Made by a program: the position numbers and the translations under genes. The notes under the pieces were generated by a model. It ran no database searches. It worked only from the letters and a program-made list of their open reading frames with translations, and was not told the DNA's origin. Positions 39,001 to 49,600 of a DNA stretch of 64,000 bases are shown piece after piece (position 1 is the first letter of the stretch; each line of letters starts with the position of its first letter). The stretch is from Cyanophora paradoxa CCMP329 (Eukaryota; Plantae; Glaucophyta), in assembly GCA_004431415.1 (NCBI GenBank), contig QPMI01000166.1, positions 62,001 to 126,000 of the forward strand, written 5' to 3'.

Positions 39001-42000
39001 GGTGACCCTCGTCGCCCCTCCAACAGCTGACAATCTTAGCACTGACTCGCCCCGCCTTGTCCGCAGTTCTTCGTCGACGCGGGCTCACCGCCGCGCGTGT
39101 GGATCGAGACCGTGGCCACGGATCCGCTCAAGCGCTCCAAGGCGCTCAGCGGCAGCAAATCGGACCTCACCTTCTCCATCGCGGGCCGGGCCAGCCTCTC
39201 CGCTTGCGACACATCGACCGCCGAACTGAACTTCCAGTGGAGCAGTGCGTCTCGTAATGATTGGCATCCGTGGTGCCGCTCACGATCTCGGGCAGTTATG
39301 AACCCGACGACCTTCTCGGCAACCGCGCCCAAGGACTACACTTACACCGACGCTCTTATTTACGACGGCGTTACGCTCCAGGACTTGAACGTGACGACGT
39401 CGCAGAAGGAGCTGGTTCTTCCAATCCTAGCGCTCAAGCCAAGCAGCATCTATCGGTTCCAGCTCATGGTGGCGATCGATGTGCGTACACATGTGCGCTT
39501 TTGGTGCAGATCTGTCGTTTTGACTGTGCGCAGGTCCGCAACGCGACGGCTTTCATCGACATCACCGTCGCCCCGGGCGACGTCTCGGTCAGCCTGTCGA
39601 CGGGCGGTGCGCACCGTTGCTCGCTCGCTGTTGCCGCAAGGGCGCCGCTGACGAACTCGCCGCAGCGGCGGTGGGGTCGTCCACGTTCTCGCCCCTCGCC
39701 GTGAGCGCGACGCCCTTCTACGCGGACGACGCCTCCTCGGGCAACGGCTTCTTCGGCGACCTCACGCGGGCCGTGCCCACGTACGGCTACGAGTGGGACT
39801 GCTCGATGACGCTCGCGAGCGACGGGTCGCCCAAGAAGTGCGGCAACTACTCGGTGCGCCCCGCCGCCTTTGTCTCCCGCCTGCGCCCCGCTGATGCCGC
39901 TGCGCAGGAGGGCACCTTCCTCCAGGCGCAGTTCGTCAACCAGCCGCGATTCGACTTCCCCGCGAAGTACTTCAGCGAGCTCACCGAAGTGTCGCTGGCG
40001 GTCACGGTCACCTACCCGAACGGCCTCACGGCCGTCCAGACGTCGTCGATCTCCTTCAAGCCGCTGATCATCGTGCGTGCCGGTTGCTTGCGTGCGGCGC
40101 GGCGCGCCCCTGAGAGCCTCGCAGCCGGTCGTCTCCATCGAGCCGCTGGTCAAGGGCCCCGTGGACGAGCAGATCTACGTCTCTGCGCAGGCGAGCTACG
40201 CCGGCTACACGGACATCTGCTACCTGTGGAGCGGTCCGCCCTCCCTCCGGCTCTCCTGCGTTGGCGGGGCTGACGTGCCCGCAGTCACGGAGGACGGCGA
40301 GGCGATCTCCGACGCCGTTCTGGAGTCAATCGTCGACGGAGCGACCTCGGGCCTCAACAAGGCGACCCTCGTCTTCAAGGCCAACTCCAGCAACCGCCAG
40401 GCCGGCGACCAGTTCCTCGTCAAGGTCACCGTCTTCGCCCCGACGACGGATGCGGACGGCAACCTCACGTGCAGCGCGACTCCGAATGCTGACACGAGCA
40501 AGTGCGCTCGAATTAGAAGCAGTGCCCCGCCTGTCGCGCCCCTTACCGGCTTGCGCAGCTCTGCCACGGGCACCGTGGTCACGTTCGGCGCCCCGAAGGG
40601 CTGCAACCTCGTGGTGCATCCCACCTCGGGCGTCGAGAAGCTCACGACCTTCTCGCTCTCCGTGGAGAGCTGCTACCTCAGGGGCGACTCGAACCTCAAG
40701 TACGAGTTCATGTACATCTTCGGCACGGCGACCGAGGGCCAGGTCCCGGCCTCACTGCAGGCCGCGCGCTCCGCCACCCGCCTCAACACCAAGCTGCCCG
40801 GCGGCGCCCAGGCCGACGCTGACACCGACGTCCTCACCATCATCGCCGTCGTGCACGACAGCCTGGGCGGCAAGACCGTCGTTGGGCGTGCCAACGTCAC
40901 CGTCAGGCCGCAGTCTGTCCATGTGCGTCGCGGCGTGTTGTGTGGGTGGTGCTGCCTTCCTCTGACAGGCTTTGAACAGCTCACGGAGCGGCGCCTGGCG
41001 TACGACGCGGCGGCCTTCGCGATGCAGCTCTACAACGAGTCGGAAGTGGCCCTCGCGAAGCGCAACAAGTGAGCTCGACCGCCGAGAGCGCGGCGACGGT
41101 GACCCGGGACTGACGGCCGCGCGCAGGGACTGCCCGTCGCTCATGACCCTCCTCCAGCAGATCGGCTCCGTCCTGAACGCGGGTGCCGCCCGAGCCTGCG
41201 CCCCCTGCGTCCAACGTATTATGGGGACTCACGTCGCGCGACGCGCAGCCGACTTCGCGGAGCAGCGCATCACGGACATCCGGACGGCGGCCCTTGAGGA
41301 CTGCGAGCCGTGCAACGGCGGCAGGTGCCTCGGCCGCTCCGGCAAGTACCGCTGCGAGTGCCCCGAGACCGGCTTCGGCCCGACGTGCAGCAAGAGTGCG
41401 GCCCGCGTCTGTGCGCTTCTTCCCAGCGCTTTCTGACGGAGCTTGCACAGCCGCCGACGACACAAGGGCCGCCTACACCCTCATCGCCGGGCTGCGCGAC
41501 ATGTACCTGGCCGACGTGATGGAGTGCCTGAAGAGCAACATGCAGTGCAACAAGAACACAGCCGCGCAGGTCGCCAGCACCGCCTACGTCCTCACGCGCG
41601 TCCCGGAGTCGACCTCGAACAAGGGCCGCGCCACCCTCAAGGAGATCATGGACTTGACCGCCGCGTGCTCGGCGGCGGCGGACGGCAAGGCGGACGACAA
41701 GACGGCGGCGTCGGCGAACGCCGCCGCGCAGGCCAGCAACCTGGGCGGCTCGAGCTCCAAGAGGCGCAGCCTGCTGCAGACGGACCCCGCCGCGAAGGAG
41801 GAGGCGGACGCCTCGACGCGCCGCAAGGCCTTCGCCAACTCTCTCACGAACCTCGCCTGCTCGCGCACCGCCAACTCCATCACCCCGACGACCCTCGCCG
41901 CCAACGGCAACACCTTCTCGCTCTCGGGCGCGACGACGGCGTTCGGGCGCGAGTGCCAGCTGGACGTGAGCCCCGGCGTCTCGGTGACGGTGCCGGGCTC

Positions 42001-45000
42001 GACGGCCAAGGTCGAGATCCCGTCGGCGAGCGCGGCCGCCTTCGAGGCGGGCCAGGTATACGCCCTCCAGGTCGCCCTCTACTCCGGCTGCACGGACACC
42101 GCCTGCAACTACCCGACCGTCCTCACCACCGCGACGGCCGGGTCCGCCTCGCGGCGCGCGTGCCGCCCCTCCGCCCCTCACGGTCGCGCGCGCGCGCAGG
42201 GCGGCGAGCAAGTTCGCGAGCGAGAACGTGCGCTCGTACGTGCTGGTCGAGGCGGTGAAGACGGCGGGCGGCGCCTACTCGACCGCCGACCCGATGGGGG
42301 TCTTCCAGCCGGCCAGCGGCCTCTCCTACACCGTCACCCTCCCCGTCAACATCGACGCGGACCGCAAGTACCCGCCGGCGGGCACATGCTACCAGACCGT
42401 CGAGATGACGGACCAGCAGTGGGCCCTCGCCGGCGCCACCGCCGACGCGAGCGCCGCGACGCTCGCCTACGACGCGGCGACCGCCAAGTGGACCGCCACC
42501 TGCACCGTCACCAAGGCGAGCCGAGCTTCCGAGCTCGAAGCCTCTGCCGCGCCCGACCTGCGCCGAGCTGACCGCCGCTCCCCGCAGCTCGGCGTCACGG
42601 CCGTCAAGATCAGCAACAGGGCCCTGCCGACGGTGACGGCGATCTCGCCGGCCGGCTGCGGCAGCTCCTCAGCCTGCACGGTCACGGTCCGCCCTCGCGC
42701 CGGTGGCTTGCTCCGGCCGCCCCTCACGCCGGACAGGTTGACGGCACGAACTTCTTCGCGGTCCCGGTCACCGTTGGCGGCATGTCGTACCCCGCCGCCG
42801 GGCAGGAGTCGGCCCTCCCGCTCTCCTGCCGCTTCCGGGCGGCGAACGGCTTCACCGACTCTGTCGCGACGCGCGTGAGCGACACGCGCCTCACTTGCGC
42901 CGTCCCGGCGGGCCTCGTCAGCGGCACCTACAGCCGTGCGCCCCGCGCCCGCCGCCCGGCCCCCGCCCCCGCTAACGCGCGGCGCAGTGCACGCGACGCT
43001 GCTGGACGGCGAGTCGGCCAGCTCGCAGGAGTTCCTGCGCTACGGGCCCCCGAGCGTCGCGACCGTCGCGCCGGCCGTCGCCGGCACCGGCAAGACAGTC
43101 GTCACCGTCACCGCGACGACGTCGTTCGTCATCCCGGCCGGCGCCTCCGCGCGCTGCCGGTGGAAGAACGCCGCCAACGCCGCCTCGGTGACCGCCGTCG
43201 ACGCGACCGTCAACGCGGCCAAGACGGAGATCCAGTGCCCGACGGCGAGCGTCCCGGCGCCGGGCGTCTACACCCTCGAGTACTCGTTCGACGGCGTCGG
43301 CTTCATCGCCGCCACCGGCGCCGGCGCCGCCGCGCAGGTCTCCATGTTCGCGCACGCCACGGCGACCGTCTCGGCCGTCGCGCCGGCCGACTTCGACCCG
43401 GCCAAGGCCCAGACGCTCGCCGTCAGCCTCTCCGGCTTCGCCATGGTCGACGCCGCCGCCGCCGTCCCGCTCGCCAAGTGCCTCGTCTACTCGTCGGCGG
43501 GCGAGCTCCTGCACCGCCTGCCCGCCGCGAGCGCGACGGCGGCCTCGTTCTCGTGCGACCTGGCGGCGAACACGCTGGCGAACGCGAACGGGCAGTACAC
43601 CGTCCGCCTGGTGCTGGACGGCGTCGAGGCGAACGTCCTCGCCGGCTCCGCCGCCTTCGCCACGACCCCGGCCTCCGACCCCGGCCCCGGCCCCGGCACC
43701 CCGGGCCAGCCGACCCAGCCGCCGGCGCCGACGCAGGCCCCGCAGGCCCGGGCCAGCCGACCCCGGGCCAGCCGACCCCGGCCCCGCAGGCGCCGCAGCC
43801 GACGGAGGAGCCGCTGCCGCCCAACGTCATCGGCCTGGACCTCATCGCGGCCGCCGTCGTGCCCCGCGGCGGCCCCGTCGAGGGCGGCACCGTCGTCACC
43901 CTCTCCTCCGTCGGTCCGCCGCCCTCCCCGCCCGCCCCCGCCCGCCCGCCCGCCGCTGACGCCCGCCGCGCAGCGCTGGGGGCCCTCTCGGACGCGCAGC
44001 TCAGCGAGGTCCGCTGCAAGTTCGCCTCGAGCTCCGCCCCCGTCGCCCGCGCGAACGGCGTGGCGACGTGCACGGCGCCCAAGGCCGACGCGGCCGGCCT
44101 CGTGCGCCTGGCGCTGGAGGGCAGCGCCGCCGGCTACCGGACGACCACCGCGGCGACCTTCCTCTACTACGCGGCGCCCGCCCTCGAGCGCGTCGTGCCG
44201 CGGCGCGTGCCCGTCAACGTGCGGCACCACCTCAGGGCGGTGCCGGCCGCCGGCGGCAGCCTCCCCGTGACCGGCGACGTCGTCCGCGTGCGCGTCGACG
44301 GCGCCGACGTCGCCACCTCCGACGTCGCCGCGTCGGCCTCGGCGGTCGAGCTGCTGAGCCCCGCCGCGAGCGCCGCCAAGGCCGCCGTGCCCGTCGCCGT
44401 CGCCTTCAACGGCCGCGAGTACGTCGTCGCCAAGGAGACCATCGACTACATCGCCGCCCGCAGCTCCGGTGCGCCCCCCCCGCCCGCGCCACCTCCCCCT
44501 CCTCCGCCCCGCCCCCGCCTGACGCGCCGCCGGCAGCGTCGATCACGGTGCGGCTGACGCTCGCGAACATGACGGAGAGCGAGGAGCGGACGCTGGTGGA
44601 CAAGTGGGCGGGCGACGCGGCGACCAAGGAGCAGCTGGTGGACCTCGTCGTGGCGCTGCTCAGGGCGCAGGGCGTGAGCGTGCACCGCTCCCGCGTCCAG
44701 GTCACGCGGGTCGAGTACGGCTCGGTCAAGGTCACCTTCACGCTGCTCGACGGCGCGCCCGACGACCCGACGGGCCTCGGCGAGGCCGGCGCCCTCGCGG
44801 GGCGCGTGCAGGCCGCCTTGGCCGCCGCGCAGGCCGGCGCCCTCGCCGTGCCCCTCCGCGTCGCCGGCCAGCGCCTCGCCTACGACTCCAGCGTCGTCGC
44901 CCGCAAGAAGAGTGCGCCCCCCGCCGATCCCCGCCCCCCGCCCCCGCCCCCCTGCCCCCGCTGACCCGCCCCGCTCGCCGCAGCGGCCTTCAACATGTCG

Positions 45001-45690
45001 CTGACGCTGCCGGCGGAGGCGCTCAAGTCGCGAACCTACGCGGCGTGGGCGCAGGCGTGGACGTACGACGCCGGCGTGCACGTGCAGCTCGCGGCGTGGC
45101 TCGGCCAGGTCGCCGGCGTCGACGCCGCGCGCTTCGAGGTCCTCCGCGCCCTCGAGGGCTCCGTCCTCTTCCTCGTCAACGCCGTCGGCGCCGGCGCCGA
45201 CGCCGAGGGCGCCGAGCTGCTCGCCAAGCTCGAGGCGGCGCTGCGCGACACGAGCAAGAAGCTGCCGGGCGGCGGCCTCACGCTCGGCTCCGTCAACGGC
45301 TTCCTCGACCTCGCCAAGTTCAACGGCCTCGCGCTCCCGGCGCGCACCTCGGGGCTGGTGGAGCCCGGCTCGGTCGTCTCTCCGCCGGCCGCCTCGTCGG
45401 GCTCCTCGGGCCTCTCGGGCGGACAGGTCGCCGGCATCGCCGTCGGCGTCGTCGTCGGCGTCGCCGCCGTCATCGCGATCGCCTTCCTCCTCGTCATCCG
45501 CAGGCGGCGCTCGAGCCACGCCGCCAACATCAGCGGCGGCAGCTACAGGGGCAGCGCCCGCTCGCCCGTCGCCACCATCACCATCGGCGGCCCCGGCCCC
45601 GCCGTGCCGACCGCGTACGCGGTGGACCCGGTCACCGCCCGCCGCCAGGCCGACAACAACGACACATTCACCCAGTTCATCCTCGTGTGA
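1..45690 (+). CDS. Giant multi-exon type-I membrane glycoprotein (BACON/Ig arrays, IPT/TIG, filamin-like Ig, REJ, EGF, GAIN/GPS-like, SEA-like, single TM); 5' end lies outside the window
   Basis: Consecutive + strand ORF fragments join through short GT..CTGAC..AG introns (e.g. 98-150, 24566-24620). I saw no intergenic-like break or internal TM/stop until the TM VAGIAVGVVVGVAAVIAIAFLLVI-RRRR (about 45427-45510) and TGA at 45690. The product is beta-rich, Ser/Thr/Val-rich and has many NxS/T sequons. Not every junction was checked. Confidence 0.8.
2214..9680 (+). repeat. Tandem repeat A: period 2342-2343 bp, three full near-identical copies plus a partial fourth; each unit has 6 introns and encodes about 670 aa
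   Basis: GACCAGATCCCGACGGACTGGTGGAAG recurs at 2214, 4556, 6899 and 9242, with introns almost identical between copies. Diverged paralogous units flank the array (about 150-2210, 9680-11570, 11915-13520). Confidence 0.97.
13584..24565 (+). other. Single exon of about 11 kb in the giant gene
   Basis: Acceptor CCCGCAG ends at 13583 and donor GTTCGT starts at 24566. The frame is open throughout apart from two 1-nt homopolymer deletions (ORFs of 1300, 256 and 2175 aa). Confidence 0.85.
15193..23696 (+). repeat. Tandem repeat B: period 2097 bp (699 aa), four near-identical intronless copies plus about 117 bp
   Basis: GGGCTCCACGTGGT.GGCG.GACTGCGAACG recurs at 15193, 17290, 19385, 21482 and 23579. 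Diverged partial units lie at 13584-15192 and 23697-24565. Confidence 0.97.
24621..31400 (+). other. Array of diverged BACON-like (Ig-fold) domains in the giant gene
   Basis: Recurrent P[AS]W[LI]S[VF]xPxSGx[LV]xxxxSxx[VI]x[VI]TF motifs, e.g. PAWLSVSPASGAVAANSSTTVDVTF, PAWISFAPSSGSLTAGSSSTTSVTI and PSWASLASSSGTLAASGAASLTITLD. Confidence 0.65.
31990..32560 (+). other. Cys-rich DxCGxC / DCAGVPNG repeat region of the giant gene
   Basis: Spliced translation contains VVDACGLC, DCAGVPNGKSTYDLCGRC, CVDCRG and VLDACNVCGG. Confidence 0.7.
32620..35960 (+). other. Tandem IPT/TIG-like domains of the giant gene
   Basis: Motifs PTVTDLTP..ITLTGTNF, PTISSIRP..ITITGQNF, PSLASLSPVLGGTGAGTPITI, MTITGASF, ITITGSNL and PFISQIDPPAG..ITIYGNNF. 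Confidence 0.75.
36330..38060 (+). other. Filamin/invasin-like Ig repeats of the giant gene
   Basis: Motifs VTFGGEAISGYPRTIVVNP, VQMRDDLLN, IDDRHGNPV, VTARDRFGNL and IRDAFNN. Confidence 0.65.
38520..41068 (+). other. REJ (PKD1/receptor for egg jelly) module of the giant gene
   Basis: Motifs YPFTFIATTFLGG, LKPSSIYRFQLMV, YEWDC, PKGCNLVVHPTSGVEKLTTFSLSVESC..LKYEF and IIAVVHDSLGG resemble REJ hallmarks. Confidence 0.7.
41302..41388 (+). other. EGF-like domain of the giant gene
   Basis: CEPCNGGRCLGRSGKYRCECPETGFGPTC has six Cys with CxC..GxxC spacing. Confidence 0.8.
45427..45510 (+). other. Single transmembrane helix and stop-transfer of the giant protein
   Basis: GLSGGQ-VAGIAVGVVVGVAAVIAIAFLLVI-RRRR, followed by a tail of about 60 aa. 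Confidence 0.9.
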
Positions 45691-45920
45691 GGGGCCACGC
45701 GCCCCCCGCGCGCAGCCCGCGGCGGGGGCGCCGCGGCCCTCTGGCCCGGCGCTCCTCTGCCGCGCGGCCTACCGATGCACCGGCTTCCCTTGTAGTTTCC
45801 CCCGATAGCTAAATTTTCCCAATGTCTCTCTTCTTCTTCCCCATTCCTTCATCCCCACCACGCATGCCACGCGCTTGTAACGAATTTAATATCGGAGCAT
45901 GCAAAGACGTTGAAAGGGCC

Positions 45921-45943
45921 GGGGGGGGGGGGGGGGGGGGGGG
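45921..45943 (+). repeat. Poly-G tract downstream of the giant gene
   Basis: Run of about 23 G between convergent genes. Confidence 0.9.
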
Positions 45944-46653
45944 AGGCTTCGGGGCTCCGGTCCGGTCACCGCGGCGCAGCTTCAGGGCCTGCACTGCGGC
46001 AGAGCGTGCACGTGGCTGCGCGCGGGGTCGAGAGGGCGGGAATGTGGGAGTAGGTCTCGACGGGGGACTCGAGTCGGGATAATATTTACTCGTAGACGTG
46101 GCCACGATCAGTGTAGGCCTAGCCGGTAGGGCGGGTGCGGCTCCGTGATCGATATCTGCAGCTGCAGAATCGAACACTGCATCATGGCATCTTGATGACT
46201 TCTGAACCATGAATCTGTAGCCGCTGAGCCTCATACTATGATGAACTTCGAATTGGAATCGCGCGCGATTCGATGATCCGATAACCGATGTCAATCGCGA
46301 GCCTCGGAGGCTGGCACTGGGTGATGAGCCTCGCCGAGTTGGGCGGGGGCCAGGGTCCCCCGCGGCCGCAGCCATGGACTCCGGGAGCCCATCCCAGGCT
46401 TCGCATGCATGCGCATGCGCACCATGCATTTGCCACGTTGCAGCCTCAGGGACTGCCAAGCTGCCCTTTTTCCGAAGTACGGAAGTTCCACGTGCCTCAG
46501 TGTACATGTACAGTTCCGACGGTTCCGGATCAGATCTGGGCCAACCCGTTGATCATGATCATTCATGTGAACTTCGAATTCGGAACGGGTCGATACAGTA
46601 CATGGTTTCCAATATACAGTACATAGTTAGAGGGGGTATCGCGATCGGTGCAT

Positions 46654-49600
46654 TCAGCTGCGGGTGTGCTTGCCGCCGGCCGCGGCGAGGCGCTGGTGGC
46701 AGGCGGCGATGGCCTCGCCCAGGTCCGCGATGCGGCGCTGCCGGGGCGAGAAGTACGCCTGCCGCGACACTCATGATCAGTCGAGCCCTGGCCTCGGCCC
46801 TCGCGGGCGGGGGCGGGGGCGGCACCGGGAAGCGGTCGTAGAGGTCCTTCTTGGCGCGCTCGAGGCACGCGAGGGCCTTGGACCACGCCCCGGCCGTCAT
46901 GTGCGCCATCGCCAGCTGCCCCCCGGGCCCCCTCAGCGCCCCTCCCCGGCCGGCGCCGGCGCGGCGCCGGCGCGCCCCCGGGCGGCACCTGGTAGGTCAT
47001 GTGCCCCTCGATGAAGGGCGCGACGGACTTGGGCAGGAGGCGGAAGCGGCGGACAAGCGAGAGCGCCCACGCCGCCCCCTGCCGCCGCCCCGCCGGCCCC
47101 GCCGTCGGTACACGTGTTAGAAACGGCGAAGAGACTCGCGGCACCTGGGCGTAGTCCTCTGCGGTGAGGACCCTGGCGGCGCGCCCCGGGCGGACCTGGT
47201 GCTTGGAGAGGGAGATCTGCGCGGGGCGAGGCGTCGGGGGCTGCACCCGGCAGAGCCGGCGGGGCGGGGCGGGCGGACGCTGAAGGTGCGCCCGAACCAG
47301 AAGATGTCCATGTGCTGCCGCCCCGCCCCGCCCCGCGGCCATCGTCAGCCGCGCCCCCGCCGGGAGCGGGGCGGGGCGCGGGGCGCGGGGGGGCCCTCGC
47401 TCGCCCCCTCGGAGTGCCGCCGGAGCCGCCGGATGGTCGCCATCATCCGCCGCACGTGCTGCGCGCGCGCGCGCGGGGCGTCGGCGGGGCGGCAGGCGGC
47501 AGGCGAGGGCGGGGGCGGGGCGCGCGGGGCGGGCACCCTGACGAGGCCGGCAAGGTCGGCGACGTGGAAGCTCGTCAGCGCCAGCGTGTGCTCCAGCCGG
47601 TCCCCCGCCGCCCTGCCCCGCCCCGCCCCCGCGTCAGCCCGCCCCGCCCGCCGCCCTGCTCCGCCCCCTTGGATCGCCGTCAGGAGGCGTGCACGTGTGC
47701 AGCGCCCCGTGAGGGGCCGGGGCGGGGCGGGGGCACCGGTACTCGTCGGGGAGGGTCTCCAGGATGCCGACGGCGCGCTTGAGCATCCCCGCCGCCTTCT
47801 GCGCGCTGCCGCGGAAGAGGACGTTGTGCGCTGGAGAGCCCGTGAGGCCGGGGCGCGTGCCGCGCGCGGGGCGGGGGGCGGGGACCGAGGGCGCGGAGGA
47901 CGAGGACCTCGTCGAAGCGGTCCGCGGGGTCCGCCTCCGTGAAGAAGTAGAGCTGCCCCGCCCCGCCCCGCCGCGCCCCGGCGTCGGCGGGGCCCTCCGC
48001 GCGGGGACCGTGGGGGGCGGGACCTTCTGGAGCAGGACCTCGGCCTCCTCGAAGCGCTGCGGGTCCCGCTCTGCGCCCCCGCCCCCGCCCCTGGCGTCGG
48101 GCGGGGGGCGAGGGCGGGCGGGCCGCGCGCGGGCACCGAGGGCCTCGTTGAGGCCGACGAGGACCTCCACCTCGAGCCGCGACGGCGTCGCCCCCGCCCG
48201 GATCACCTGCCCCCGCCCGGCGGCCCCGCCCCTCAGCCGCCCCGCCCGCCCCCACCAGCCCGCCCCTCGCGCGACGACCCCGCCGCGCACCTGGCTCCAC
48301 GCCGTGAAGTCTGCCGACGCGCCGAACAAATGCGGGTCGGCGTCAGCTGCGGGATGCAGCCTCGTGAAAGGGGCGCGCACAGGATTCAAGGGCGGCGTCC
48401 CCTTCGCAGAACTGGCGGCAGCGGTGAGCTCAAGGCGGCATCGGAGAGACAGTCGGCGGCAGGGGCGATGGGGGTTCTTTACAGCCAAGCTACGAGGGCG
48501 GGGCGGGGCGGGGCGGGCGCGCACGATGAGGTGCCCGAGAGCGCGGCGGGCGGTGGCGCGGGCGGCGAGCAGCGGGGCCGCCCCGCGTGCCGCCCGACGG
48601 CCTCCTCGGCCTGCGCCGGCCCGAGCCCGTGAGCGGCGCGGAGCTGCCGGGGGCGGGGCGGGCGGGCGGGCCTTCTCGACGAGGGCGAAGAAGATGGGGC
48701 GGCCGACGGGGAGCAGGTCGTGGGGGATGACGTGCCACTGCGCCCACCCCGCCCCGTCAGGGCGCCCCCGATGCGCCCCCGCGCCCCATCGCTGGGAGGG
48801 CGGGGAAGAGTGTGCCGCTGGCCGCGGGGGCTAGGAGGGCGCACCGGGCCGGTGGCGACGGCGATGCAGTTCCAGCAGTGCCCCGCCATCGCTTCCGCCT
48901 CCTCCCTGCGCCCCGCCCCGCCCGGGTTGCTACCGCAGCCGGCCCGGAGCCTGGCCGGAGGTGGGGCGCCGACGCGCGCGCGCACAGCTGCTGGTAGTAA
49001 TCGGGGTGGACCGACGTGAGGGCGTCGTGCCAGGCGGCGTACACGCCCTCCACCTGCCCCGGAGGCGAGGGCCGGCGTCGGCGGGGCCCAGCCAGGGCGC
49101 GGGAGGGGGTGCGGGCCGGGGTACGCACGAGGTCTGCGCTGCCAGAGAGCCGCAGATCTTCCAGGTACCCCCGGAGGCGCCCGCGGCCCTCCTCGTCGGC
49201 GAAGAGGGGGGTATCGAATATCTCGGGCAGGGAGAGGGCGGCGGCGAGGTCGGCGCAGGCGCGGAGGAGGCGCCGGGGGGCGGCCCAGGAGGCGTCCACG
49301 GGGTGCCGCGCCCCGACCTGCAGAGACTGAGGGAGGGGCGGGGGGGCAGCGGGAGGGCGCGAGGGGCGGACCTCGTGCGCCACTATCTGCAGCGCTGCGG
49401 CCGCCACGGCGACAAACCGGGCGGCCTCGTCGCGCGCAGCGTCGCCGCCGTGCAGGAAGGGCGGCGCCAGCCGCGCGGCCGGCGCCGGGACCCCCGCCGG
49501 CAGCGCGCCGGCAGAGGAGAGTCGCCGCCGCCGCGCCGAGGCGCCGGGCCCCTCGTCGGCGGCCCTGCGCGCCCGTCCGTGAGGCGGATGCGTCGCGGGG

